A stretch of DNA of 63,138 nucleotides, the filler included, from Octopus bimaculoides (lineage: Eukaryota): the NCBI RefSeq assembly GCF_001194135.2. It is 7 parts of 7 records of this genome, joined end to end, with 100 filler letters (N's around TTAATTAATTAA, not from the genome) between each part and the next. Parts side by side here need not be neighbours in the genome. Positions count along the whole stretch, not along the records: positions 1 to 5,744 come from NC_068987.1; positions 5,845 to 10,347 come from NC_068983.1; positions 10,448 to 18,637 come from NC_069002.1; 4 more parts are not named here. One strand, given 5' to 3'. The notes under the pieces are model-generated. The model searched no databases. It worked only from the letters and a program-made list of their open reading frames with translations, and was not told the DNA's origin. Made by a program: the position numbers and the translations under genes. This document shows, piece by piece, positions 1-11,299 of the stretch (the first letter of the stretch is position 1; every line of letters starts with the position of its first letter).

Positions 1-36
1 TATACACATAGATACATATATACACATATATACCAA

Positions 37-116
37 GTGCTTCTTTCAGTTTCCGTCTACTAAATCTACTCACAAGGCTTTGGTTGGCCTAAAGCTATAA
101 TAGAAGACCTTTGCCC
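37..116 (-). mobile_element. SINE family A fragment (tRNA-derived, octopus OR-like)
   Basis: gcttctttcagtttccgtctactaaatctactcacaaggctttggttggcc matches the reverse complement of the family A core seen at 5217 and 50019. Confidence 0.8.
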
Positions 117-544
117 TTGGAGGCAGTGGAAAGATCCAGGGAGCATTGAAGAAAAGTGAGATGATGATAGGGTGGCCAAAATGGGGAGATAAATGTTAAA
201 GAAATATTAATAGGTTAATTAGGTTTAAGTTTTATTTGTGAAATACAGTTGTTTTGAATTTGCTTTAGAAAGTCGTCTACATTTGTGGTGTGGAAGGTGA
301 GGGGAGCGGTAGGAATGTGGCCTGGGTGCCACGGTGGAGGCAGCCTGAAAAAGATTGGGAACTACTGGCTTAAAATATAAATGATTCTTGTGTTAAGATA
401 TTAAAATTTGAAATGCTAATAGTTGTAATGATTGCAGTACTTCTACTCTACTAATAGTTGTTAGATTAGGAGTGTATGATACCGAAATGACAGTACGCCA
501 GACACTCCTTAAGCTTTTCTGTAATTTCGCACTCTTTCGTTTTT

Positions 545-548
545 CAAC

Positions 549-606
<58 letters not shown>
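545..606. repeat. (CT)n microsatellite
   Basis: direct dinucleotide run. Confidence 0.95.
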
Positions 607-611
<5 letters not shown>

Positions 612-630
612 GCACATATATTCTATTATT

Positions 631-772
631 TTTCTACTTGTTTCAGTCATTTGACTGCAGCTATGCCGGAGCAGCGCCATAAGGATTTTTGTTGAAAACA
701 TCGACTCCAAAACATATTCTTTGTAAGCCTAGTACTTATTCTATCTGCCCCCTTAAGCCGAACCGATAAGTT
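631..772 (-). mobile_element. SINE family A 3' half
   Basis: tacttgtttcagtcatttgactgc...ttctttgtaagcctagtacttattctatc, shared with other copies; truncated by an N gap. Confidence 0.85.
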
Positions 773-1799
773 GGGGGGGGGGGNNNNNNNNNNNNNNNNN
801 NNNNNNNNNNNNNNNNNNNNNNNNNNNNNNNNNNNNNNNNNNNNNNNNNNNNNNNNNNNNNNNNNNNNNNNNNNNNNNNNNNNNNNNNNNNNNNNNNNNN
901 NNNNNNNNNNNNNNNNNNNNNNNNNNNNNNNNNNNNNNNNNNNNNNNNNNNNNNNNNNNNNNNNNNNNNNNNNNNNNNNNNNNNNNNNNNNNNNNNNNNN
1001 NNNNNNNNNNNNNNNNNNNNNNNNNNNNNNNNNNNNNNNNNNNNNNNNNNNNNNNNNNNNNNNNNNNNNNNNNNNNNNNNNNNNNNNNNNNNNNNNNNNN
1101 NNNNNNNNNNNNNNNNNNNNNNNNNNNNNNNNNNNNNNNNNNNNNNNNNNNNNNNNNNNNNNNNNNNNNNNNNNNNNNNNNNNNNNNNNNNNNNNNNNNN
1201 NNNNNNNNNNNNNNNNNNNNNNNNNNNNNNNNNNNNNNNNNNNNNNNNNNNNNNNNNNNNNNNNNNNNNNNNNNNNNNNNNNNNNNNNNNNNNNNNNNNN
1301 NNNNNNNNNNNNNNNNNNNNNNNNNNNNNNNNNNNNNNNNNNNNNNNNNNNNNNNNNNNNNNNNNNNNNNNNNNNNNNNNNNNNNNNNNNNNNNNNNNNN
1401 NNNNNCAACATAAAAAAGCCGTACGGCCAAACGCGAATCTGATGTAGAACGCTAGTAGTTTGTCTTGCCTTCACAGCGGCTGGAGTGAAAAGAAAGTTGA
1501 CCACAGGTCATACGAGAGCAGAATCTTCTGTTTAGTGGGTTGATCCACTACTCAGGAAGAGACTATTCTAGAGTACCATCTGCCTTATCTTCGAAACGTC
1601 TAGTTAGAATAGAGGCAGCTGATGAATAATTCCAAGTGGCTTTCTGTTTTCCTATGTGTTCGTTCTGTTGTCTGTAGTTCATTGTTCTAACGTCCTGTAC
1701 CCTGATATGCATCTATATACATATATGTGTGTATACATGCATATATATTCTTTGTATATATATATATGTATATATGTATGTATGCATGTATGTATGTAT

Positions 1800-1961
1800 G
1801 ACGGGCTTCTTTCAGTTTCCGTCTACCAAATCCACTCATAAGGCTTTGGTGGACCCGAGGCTACATTAGAAGACACTTGCCAAACATGCAACGCAATGGG
1901 ACAGAGCCCGGAAGCATGTGGTTGTGAAGTAAGCTTCTTCCCATACAACCACGCCTGCGCC
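1800..1961 (-). mobile_element. SINE family A 5' half
   Basis: gacgggcttctttcagtttccgtctaccaaatccactc...aagacacttgcc...cacgcctgcgcc is the reverse complement of the family head. Confidence 0.88.
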
Positions 1962-2346
1962 TAAATATATACACATTGATAATGCATATGTACATAGATA
2001 ATGCATAGAAAACATACACTAAAATACTGTAGTATTTAAAATATCCCATTTAAATTACCTTCGGAAACTTAATACGTGCAGGTGTGGTTGTGTGCTTAGC
2101 AAAACCTGCCAGTAATTAAATCACTTAAGACAATAAATTATTGTCTTAAGTTATTTATGATCCTTTACATATATGTACTAGATACACACACGAGCGCGGG
2201 CACACGAGCGCGGGCACACACACGCACGCACGCACGCATGCACACACAGACACACACACACGCACACACACACACATACACACGCACTCACATACGCACA
2301 CACGCACACATGCNNNNNNNNNNCACATGCACACACGCACACACAC

Positions 2347-2402
<56 letters not shown>

Positions 2403-2559
2403 GTAATAACTATATTGTTCAGAAAATCGGATGTTAGTATACACCACTGATTATAGTGTGATCCCTCACTTTATTTTAGCTTTCAAAAGACGCCACCCCG
2501 CTGGCTAGGTGCTCAGGCCTTTGGCATATAAGTGACCGAGATCACGATATTTCACCCCA

Positions 2560-2605
<46 letters not shown>

Positions 2606-3110
2606 NNNNNNNNNNNNNNNNNNNNNNNNNNNNNNNNNNNNNNNNNNNNNNNNNNNNNNNNNNNNNNNNNNNNNNNNNNNNNNNNNNNNNNNNNNNNNNN
2701 NNNNNNNNNNNNNNNNNNNNNNNNNNNNNNNNNNNNNNNNNNNNNNNNNNNNNNNNNNNNNNNNNNNNNNNNNNNNNNNNNNNNNNNNNNNNNNNNNNNN
2801 NNNNNNNNNNNNNNNNNNNNNNNNNNNNNNNNNNNNNNNNNNNNNNNNNNNNNNNNNNNNNNNNNNNNNNNNNNNNNNNNNNNNNNNNNNNNNNNNNNNN
2901 NNNNNNNNNNNNNNNNNNNNNNNNNNNNNNNNNNNNNNNNNNNNNNNNNNNNNNNNNNNNNNNNNNNNNNNNNNNNNNNNNNNNNNNNNNNNNNNNNNNN
3001 NNNNNNNNNNNNNNNNNNNNNNNNNNNNNNNNNNNNNNNNNNNNNNNNNNNNNNNNNNNNNNNNNNNNNNNNNNNNNNAAACAGAAATATAATGTATTCC
3101 TTTCTCTGTG

Positions 3111-3166
3111 CTTGTGAGTGAGTGGATTTGGTAGACAGAAACAGAAAGAAGCCCGCCGTATATATA

Positions 3167-3201
<35 letters not shown>

Positions 3202-3459
3202 CGTGTGTGTGTGTGTGTGTGGCGTGCGTGTGTATGTTTATCCGAGTGTGTCTTCGTGTCTGTGTTTGTACCCTGCACCATCCTTTGACAACCGATGTTG
3301 GTGTGTTTATGTACCCGTAACTTAGCGGTTCGGCAAAACATACCTATAGAATAAGTACCAGGCCTACAAAGAATAAGTCCTGGGGTCGATTTCTTCGACT
3401 AAAAGGTGGTGCTCCGGCGTGGCCGTAGTCAAATGACTGAACAAGTAAACGAATAAAAG
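3111..3459 (+). mobile_element. SINE family A (5'-truncated) with internal (GT)n
   Basis: gagtggatttggtagac...(GT)n...aacttagcggttcggcaaaa...gaataagtcctggggtcgat...gtcaaatgactgaac. Confidence 0.9.
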
Positions 3460-4089
3460 TATATATAAAAATATATAAACAAATATAAATAAGAGCAAAA
3501 GAAAAAAATTCCATGCCAATATGCTGAAAAATAGACTTTAGATCGTCTAACCACATTAAATATTTTACACTATAAATACACAGCGTGTTGAAACGAGGAA
3601 AGCAAGCTAACAGAATTTTTTAAATTCGTTATTTCGGAATCGGACCGATTTCTGGAGTAATCCAAAAGGATTCTTCCTTCATCAACGAGAAACACGATAA
3701 GAATAAATGGAATATTTACATATACCCATGGAAAAGTCATGTGTGCATTTAAGTACCCTAAATATATCTAAACAGAAATTCTGTAGCAAGCCTCTGCACA
3801 CGTGTAGACGGTCAGGTAACTCAAGTAAAGTGGTTACCAGTCTGGAAGTAAATGGTAATAAATTTAATTCTAATATAAGGATAATTTTTTTTAGAAAAAG
3901 AATGTATCAGTGGTCATCATATTAAAATACCTTTTGAGGTGAAAATTATAAACAATTATAAATAAGGGCAAAAGAAAAAATATGAATTTATTTTACTTAG
4001 TCAATTGGGATCAAGAAACCAGGAAATTTTGCAAAAGAAACGTCCTCCAATGACGAATGTTAAACTTTATTTCAGACTTCCTGTTGAAG

Positions 4090-4945
4090 TCCTCGAGTCT
4101 TCAGATAAATTTGGTATAATGATGTAGTATATTTTCTGTTCTTTGATCTAAATTATTTATTAGTTATGGTATTGATCTTAGAAAACTTTTACAATAAATG
4201 CTTTATAACTCCTTTTAATGCTGCCCAGATGTGTTATGGATGCTCGATATTCAACTGTTTTGGGAAGAAATGTTGCCTAACTGTAGCCAAGAAATTTCTT
4301 CCTATATTCATAGGTTTTTTTATCATGACCTCTCATAGTTTGTTAAATTTTTATCAGACCTGCTCGTGCTTTCGTTTTACATTTTAGAAGTTTCATTTTT
4401 GTTCTCATTTACGTTTGAAACCTCAACCATGCAGCTTGGTAGTTCCATGTTTTGCGGTGTATTAAACCAAATTATCCCTTCCTTGTTCTTCTTTTACTGA
4501 GAATGAGTGGAGTGTTTTCTATATAAAAGTACTATAATTCAAAGGATTAGGTAGTGTAACATTATGATAAATAGTGATCCTGCTAAAAATCTTCTCTGAG
4601 GATAGATTGGAAACAACTTTACTTGTACCTATATTAGGCTCTTTATCATGGAAGGGGACATTTCAATTTTCCTGGATGTTTATTGTATCGTTATTGTGTT
4701 ATTGTGGATGAGTTTACATCAAACGTTACTTTAGGAAGTTGGCTTGCATTGGGTTAATGGTAATGGTTGTTTAAGCCAAAATCCTAAAATATGTTTATTA
4801 AATATCTTTTCTAAATCTATCCATGTTATGACCTTTTCTATGGTATGAGACTACAAAGTCACCAGCTCTGTACAACCCTGAGCTGTAGAAGGTTTGCTTT
4901 GCAATGGTGTTATCGTAGGAGCTGATTTTCAAGCAGTGCCTATTA
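4090..4945 (-). mobile_element. Penelope-like element RT/thumb remnant (degenerate)
   Basis: Minus-strand translation with stops and frameshifts gives, in order, GLYR (4878-4867), NFL(x)VTFD (4740-4718), KVVSNLSSEKIF, KRRTRK-IIWFN (4475-4461) and MNIGRNFLATVRQHFFPK. These match the motif order I recall for Penelope ORFs (GLYRDD, NFLDVT, IIWFNPP, TNIG.FL...KHFP). Confidence 0.75.
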
Positions 4946-5216
4946 AGGGAGCTTGCTTGGGATCTCAATATAGTTCTGAGATTACCTTTGTGACATCATC
5001 GTTGTGTAGCAGTCGTTGTTGTTGTAATTACACACATACAAACACACACACATAAACAAACACACACACACACACATAATAGAAAATACACGCAAAAAAC
5101 GTATGTGCGCACGCACACGCATACGCACGATCCAACAAAGAAATTTTTAGGTGGAACGCTTGAAAATCGCAACGTTTTAGCCCATAAGTAAAGAATATAT
5201 ATATATATATATATAT

Positions 5217-5375
5217 AGGAATGGCTGTGCGGTAAGAAGCTTGCTTCCCAACCGCATGGACCCGGTTTCAGTCCCACTTCGTGGCACCTTGGGCAAGTGT
5301 CTTCTACAATAGCATCAGACCGACCAAAGCCTTGTGAGTGGATTTTGGCAGGCCGAAATTGAAAAAACCCCATCG

Positions 5376-5379
<4 letters not shown>
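5217..5379 (+). mobile_element. SINE family A 5' half
   Basis: tRNA-like head aggaatggctgtgcggtaagaagc...ggtttcagtccc followed by gcaccttgggcaagtgtctt (CORE-like). Confidence 0.88.
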
Positions 5380-5423
<44 letters not shown>

Positions 5424-5425
<2 letters not shown>

Positions 5426-5677
5426 CTCTACTCTTTTGTTTCAGTCATTTGATTGCGGCCATGCTGGAGCATCATCTTTAGTCGAGCAAATCGACCCCAG
5501 GACTTATTCTTTGTAAGCCTAGTACTTATTCTATCGGTTCCTTTTATCGAACCGCTAAGTTACGGGGACGTAAACACACCAGCATCGGTTGTCAAGCGAT
5601 GTTGGGGGCGACAAGCACAGTCACACAAACACACATATATATATACATATACATATATACGACGGGCTTCTTTGCAG
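5424..5677 (-). mobile_element. SINE family A 3' two-thirds, convergent with the previous copy
   Basis: tttcagtcatttgattgcggccatgctggagc...gaccccaggacttattctttgtaagcctag...gacgggcttcttt. Confidence 0.9.
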
Positions 5678-5744
5678 TCGCCATGATTTAGGTGGCCATG
5701 ATTGACCGGTAACTCTAAAAGCATTTATTTATTCTCTCTCTTTA

Positions 5745-5844
5745 NNNNNNNNNNNNNNNNNNNNNNNNNNNNNNNNNNNNNNNNNNNNTTAATTAATTAA
5801 NNNNNNNNNNNNNNNNNNNNNNNNNNNNNNNNNNNNNNNNNNNN
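5745..5844. other. Artificial 100-bp assembly spacer (44N-TTAATTAATTAA-44N)
   Basis: exactly 44 N + 12-mer + 44 N; the 12-mer puts stops in all six frames. Confidence 0.95.
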
Positions 5845-6243
5845 TATCTTTTACCTCTGTCATTCATTAGACTGCGGCCATCCTGGAGCACCGCCTAGAA
5901 GAACTTTTAGTTAAATAAATCGATGGCAGTACTTATTTAAAAAAAAAAATTTTCTATAAGCGTGGTACTTATTCTATCAGTTCTTTTGCCGAGCCGCTTA
6001 GTTACGTATACATAAACACCTCAACACCGGTTGTCAAATAGTGGTGGGGACAAACACTGAAACACACACACAAACACACACATGACATGCTTCTTTCAGT
6101 TTTCGATTACCAAATCCACTCACGAGGCTTTGGTTAGCCCGAGGCAGTAATAGAAAACACTTGCCCAAAGTGCCACGCAGTGGACTGAACCCGGAAACAC
6201 GTGGCTGGGATGCAGGCTTCTTACCACATAGCCACGCCTTCAC
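5845..6243 (-). mobile_element. SINE family A near full length
   Basis: tail (gactgcggccatcctggagcaccgcc) through head (cttaccacatagccacgcc) all present, diverged. Confidence 0.88.
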
Positions 6244-7106
6244 CTGATATGTATATAAATATATATAGATAGAATATTAGAAAAGGAGGAAAGATAATAA
6301 AAGACAAAAAGAAAGAGAAAAAGAATGAGAGAGATGGAGAAAAAGGAGAGATAATCTCATGCACACACACACATACACACGTATACACGCGCGCGCACAC
6401 AGGCACACACGCAAACACATTCTGTAGAGAGGAAAAAGTGGTAGTGAAAGAGTATGGATGATGGAGGGAAAGGGTAAGAATTGAAACCAGTTGGCGGCGT
6501 TAGCACCTGTTGGTCGCAACACAGTAGGAAAGTAAAATTATAGCTGCCATTGCTATCCAATTAACCACAAACAAAATCTAGCAAATGAAAACTAATCAAA
6601 AAGTATTCCTGAAGGTGGTTAAAATGTCTGTCACTTGACTTGTGAAATTTCCCTCGTTGATCCACTTATTAGGTATGTGGTGGGATGAGGAGAGAAGATT
6701 ATTTAATATTGATGATGGCAGTGGTGGTGTCGGTGGTGATGGCGGGAGGAAAGGATGGTGGGATTTTAATCATGATCATTGTAATACTGTTAATGAGGGG
6801 TTCACAACGGTGACGATGATGATGACGATGATGATGATGACGACGACGACAGCGGTGGAGGTAACTGTAGTGGAGTTAGAGGTGAGAGATGCTTTGCTAA
6901 CGATGATACTGCAACTGCTGACAATGAGAGTGCTACTGATGGTGATGATGGCGGTGGTGATGGTAGAGAAGATGTTGTTGGTGGTAGTGGTGGTGGTGAC
7001 GGCGATGATGTTTGTGTGAGTGTATGCTTGTGCGTGTACAGGATTCGGATTGTGACTGCTTGTGAGTTTGTGTGTGTGTGTTTACACTCTGTGTGTGACT
7101 GTGTGC

Positions 7107-7168
<62 letters not shown>

Positions 7169-7789
7169 GTGCACGCGTGCGTGTGTGTGTGCGTGTTCGT
7201 ATGCCTGATATAATGCTGTCTGTATATGAATATGTGCAAACGCTAGGCTTCATATGTGCGAGTAATATTTATACAAGTATGTAATTCATGTTTGAGTATG
7301 CATTCATGTACTTAGTGTATACAAACATAAAATGGTAGCAGTGTTTGTTGTAGTGGCGGTGGTGGTAGTGGTTACGATTGCAACAAAATGGAGGGAAAAG
7401 AGTGGGGAAAAGGGCGAATTACTAAATACTGTTTACTGATAATTTCGTTTATACAATCAGTGGCTCGTCGACGCAATTAAGGCAGAATCGGAATCAATTG
7501 GAAACGGTTTGATCTTTGACAAACCATGACAGAATATGAGGAGCGAGCAGAAAATTACTGGTCACTAACCGTATCAATGGCCGTATCAGTAAAAGCTGCA
7601 ACGGAAGCCTAATCATTTACTGATTGATATTACGACCGCCTCTTTGCCATGCCAGGCCAAGCTTGCAAACGTTAAATGGCGATACTGAACTCCCAGTTGT
7701 GTCAGATAACGTTTACCTTATTCCCCGTCCTTATTAACCGGTAGTTTTCCCATGAGATATTGCTTCACTTCAATAGCGTAGGACAAGTA

Positions 7790-8340
7790 AGGAAGAGGAG
7801 GAAAGGAGAGCGGGCGAGAGTGAGATTGAAAGAGTCTGAGAGTTCGCTTGGAAGACAGACTGAAGAAAGGGAAAGAAGAAGGGAGGAAAGGAGAGAGAGA
7901 AAAGGGGGGGTGATATAAAGATGATAAAATAGGAATGAAAGAGAGAGGCTGTGTGACACTATGAGTAAGAGAGGGAGAAAAGAGGGGGAGGGAGAAGAGA
8001 TAAGATAAAAGTAAATACTAAATCGAGAGTGAGAACAAAAGATTGAGTAGGAGTGCGAGTGTGAGCGAAATATAGAGAAAGAGTCAAAAGTAGAGTGAGA
8101 GAAGGAAAAGGGAAGAAATGAAAGAGTAGCGTTTATCACAGCGAACCGAGTCTATGATCCATGTTCAATTCCCGTTTGTTGATATTTCAACAAGACAAAA
8201 GAAAAAAGAAAGAAAGGAAGGGAGGGAAGAAGGAAGGAAGGAAGAGAGAAAGAAAAAATGCTTGAGTTCCAGGAAAAGCAGTAATGATTTACTTCATAAA
8301 GAAAGAAAAGAAAATGCGGGTAAAGATAAAAAGTGTTTGT
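7790..8340 (+). repeat. Purine-rich (GA/GGAA) low-complexity tract
   Basis: strong A/G strand bias. Confidence 0.8.
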
Positions 8341-8649
8341 GGACCGTGAAAAGTCAGTTTCAAATGTAACGAACAAACCAAGATCACAATTTCCACTTTT
8401 CTGACCTCTGAAATCATACGAAGTTAATTAGAGCACTGCTACTGACATAGGCTCGGGAACAGATAGCGGGGAGGAGTGGGGGCAAGCGCACTCCCTCGCA
8501 TTCTTGTTGGGTAACGCTTTGAACATCCTCCTGAAAATCTTTATCATCAAAACGAACGAGTGTAGCAACAGTTTTAGACTGATTTGAAACATTACTTGTC
8601 TATTATTGAATTTATGTAATTTGATTGATGTACAAATATGATAATAATA

Positions 8650-10013
8650 AAGTGCGGAATAATCTACCTAAAAAAAAGACAAGGTACAGTCCCTAGCAGG
8701 GATAGAACTACAGATTAGAGACTTGATTAAACAAATTGAAAGAGAAGGAACTCAAAGAGCAACTGAGGATGGAGCATTTCCGAAGACTAAAGTTGGTTTT
8801 GTTCTAAAAATTGACTGGATAGAATAAAATCCTAGCAGTTAATACGTGGGCGATAGCATCACTTCGGTATGGAGCAGGAATTATAAAATAGCCAAAGAGA
8901 GATGTGATGGAAATGGATACCAAGACTAGAAAAATGTTGATAATGCACAGAGCCTTCCACCCTAAGAGTGACACCGATAGGCTGTACTTGTTCAGAAGAA
9001 CGGGTGGGAGAGGTCTGATCTGTTGCCGGAACTGTATGGAAGCAGAGGAAAAGTGTTTAGGGTGGTATATTAAAAATGACGTCGGGTCATAGTTGAAACA
9101 TACAAAGAAGACTGGCGTGATCAAAACTGAAAATTGTGTAATGAAAGAAAAAAATTAAACAAGAAATGAATACCAAAAAGGAAAAGCATGTTGGAAAAAC
9201 TGTACTGTCAGTTTGCAAGAGATGTGAACGCCAAAACAGATATAAAGGACAGATAGCTATGGATGAGGAGGGGTGACCTGAAGATAGAGACGGAAGCACT
9301 TATATGTAGAGCTCAAGAACAAGTGTTAAGGACCAACTATGTTCAGTGTAGAATAGACAAACCTACCGATAACGACAAATGCAGAATACGTGGTGAGAGG
9401 GGTGAAACGGTGTGGCACATCGTTAGCGAATGCCCGAAATTGGCACAACGCGAATACAAAAGACGTTATGACAATGTGGCAAGAATGGTCCATGGGAAGG
9501 TTTGTGGACATCACGGCCTACAAAGGGCGAAGACGTGGTATGAGCAAACTCTAGAAGGTTTTACCGACAATGAGAATTGCAAAATCCTGTTGGATGCAAT
9601 GATCCAGTGCTTTTACCCGACCAGACATCGGAAACTGGATATTGCTGTGGTGAAAAAAAAAAAGGAAGAACATGCATGATGATAAACAACAAGATCTATG
9701 TGAAAGAAGAAAAAATAAAGAACTATGATGATTTGAAGTGGGAAATACGAAGGCTGTGGTCAATGAAGAAAGTAGACGTGATAGCAATAGAAATTGGTGC
9801 CCCTGGAAGTATCAGCAATCAACTACCAGCATGGCTAAAAAGTTTGGTGCTAGTGTGAAGGTAGAACATCTGCAAAAATCAGCAATGTTTGAAACGGCAA
9901 GAATTCTTCGCAGGGCTCTTGAAGCATGACCAGTAGACAAGTGTCATCTTAGCCTGCTGACTGTGGACAGCTGACTCCTTCCATCATACTCAGCAAAAAA
10001 GCTGTGAGTTTTC

Positions 10014-10015
<2 letters not shown>
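8650..10015 (+). mobile_element. 5'-truncated R4/Dong-like non-LTR retrotransposon (RT thumb, zinc knuckle, restriction-like endonuclease), pseudogenised
   Basis: Frames give KCGIIYLKK..GIEL, NKILAVNTWAIASLRYGAG, HRAFHPKSDTDRLYLFRRTGGRGL, ETEALICRAQEQVLRTNY..CRIRG..ETVWHIVSEC, RHRKLDI, EEKIKNYDDL and LQKSAMFETARILRRAL*. Stop at 9929, ~86-nt 3'UTR, then (AAT)n. Confidence 0.88.
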
Positions 10016-10077
<62 letters not shown>

Positions 10078-10086
10078 ATTAATAAT
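10016..10086 (+). repeat. (AAT)n tail or target of the R4/Dong-like element
   Basis: starts immediately after the element 3'UTR. Confidence 0.9.
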
Positions 10087-10347
10087 GTGAGATTACACCG
10101 GGGAAGTTTAACATGTGAGAACGATAAATCACTGCTCCGAAACTTATCCAAAAACATCGGAAATAAAGACATCGCATGGAGCCAAAAAATAGCTGACAAA
10201 GGGTTGGACTATATACGAGTAAGTAATACTCATTGAAATTTATTTCTATTTTTCCAAATATAATGATGCATTTTAACTTGATACCTCCACTACCCGCACA
10301 GCGATCGTAAACACACGTGTTACATCAAAATCAGATCACCTTCGAAC

Positions 10348-10447
10348 NNNNNNNNNNNNNNNNNNNNNNNNNNNNNNNNNNNNNNNNNNNNTTAATTAAT
10401 TAANNNNNNNNNNNNNNNNNNNNNNNNNNNNNNNNNNNNNNNNNNNN
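10348..10447. other. Artificial 100-bp assembly spacer
   Basis: 44N-TTAATTAATTAA-44N. Confidence 0.95.
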
Positions 10448-10918
10448 ATAGTGGTGTTGGCGGTAGTGTCGGCATTTCTGGTGTCGTCGTCATTGTTGTT
10501 GTTGCTGCTGCTACTGCTGTTGGTGGATTGCGTTCGCTCTGATGGTGTAAGTGTGTAGCAGCATTGCTGGGTTTATTCTTGGTGTTGCTTTTATCATGTC
10601 GGTGGTGATAAGGGTGGTAGTGACATCTGGATCGGAGGTGGTGGGGCTGTTTGTTTTTTTTTTACTAGGGTCTGTCTTGGCGAAGTGTTGCTGACGTTGG
10701 CGATGGCGTTGGTGTCAGAAAAGCTTGTGTAGTCGCTGTTGCTATTAGTGATAGTGGTCGAGTTGGCAGTGGTGGTGGTGGAGATGGTGGTGATGATGTC
10801 ATTCGCCATTTTGGTTGTGGAAGTGGTGTTGGTCACGATGTTTGCATTGGTGATGTTGTCGATATGGTATCTTCTTGTTGTTGTTGGTAGTGTCAACGAT
10901 GGTATATCTTAGACTTGT

Positions 10919-11299
10919 GGAGGCGCATTGGCCCAGTGAATAGGGCAAGCGGACTCGCGATCGTAGGATCGCGGTTTCGATTCCCAGACCGGGCGTTGTG
11001 AGTGTTTATTGAGCGAAAACACCTAAAGCTTCACGAAGCTCCGGCAGGGGATGGTGGGAAACCCTGCTGTACTCTTTCACCACAGCTTTCTCTCACTTTT
11101 ACTTCTTGTTTCTGTTGTACCTGCATTTCAAAGGAGCCAGCCTTATCATACTCTGTGTCACGATGAATCTCCCCGAGAACTACGTTAAGGGCACACGTGT
11201 CTGTGGAGTGCTCAGCCACTTTGCACGTTAATTTCACGAGCAGGCTTTTCCGTTGATTGGATCAACTGGAACCCTCGTCGCCGCAACCGACGGAGTGCC
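10919..11299 (+). mobile_element. SINE family C, full length, tRNA-derived
   Basis: A-box-like tggcccagtgaa (10929-10940), B-box-like GGTTTCGATTCC (10973-10984), ~380-bp body ending gacggagtgcc; its tail is homologous to 23340-23520. Confidence 0.8.

Noticed and set aside
4068-4104. CUGAAGA...GACUUC/GAAGUC...GAAA hammerhead-like string (minus)
   Set aside because: A 6-nt spacer separates the core from the stem, stems I and III do not form, and it lies in decayed coding sequence.
10919-10995. Functional tRNA gene
   Set aside because: The tRNA-like head continues into a ~300-bp SINE body and I could not fold a full cloverleaf.
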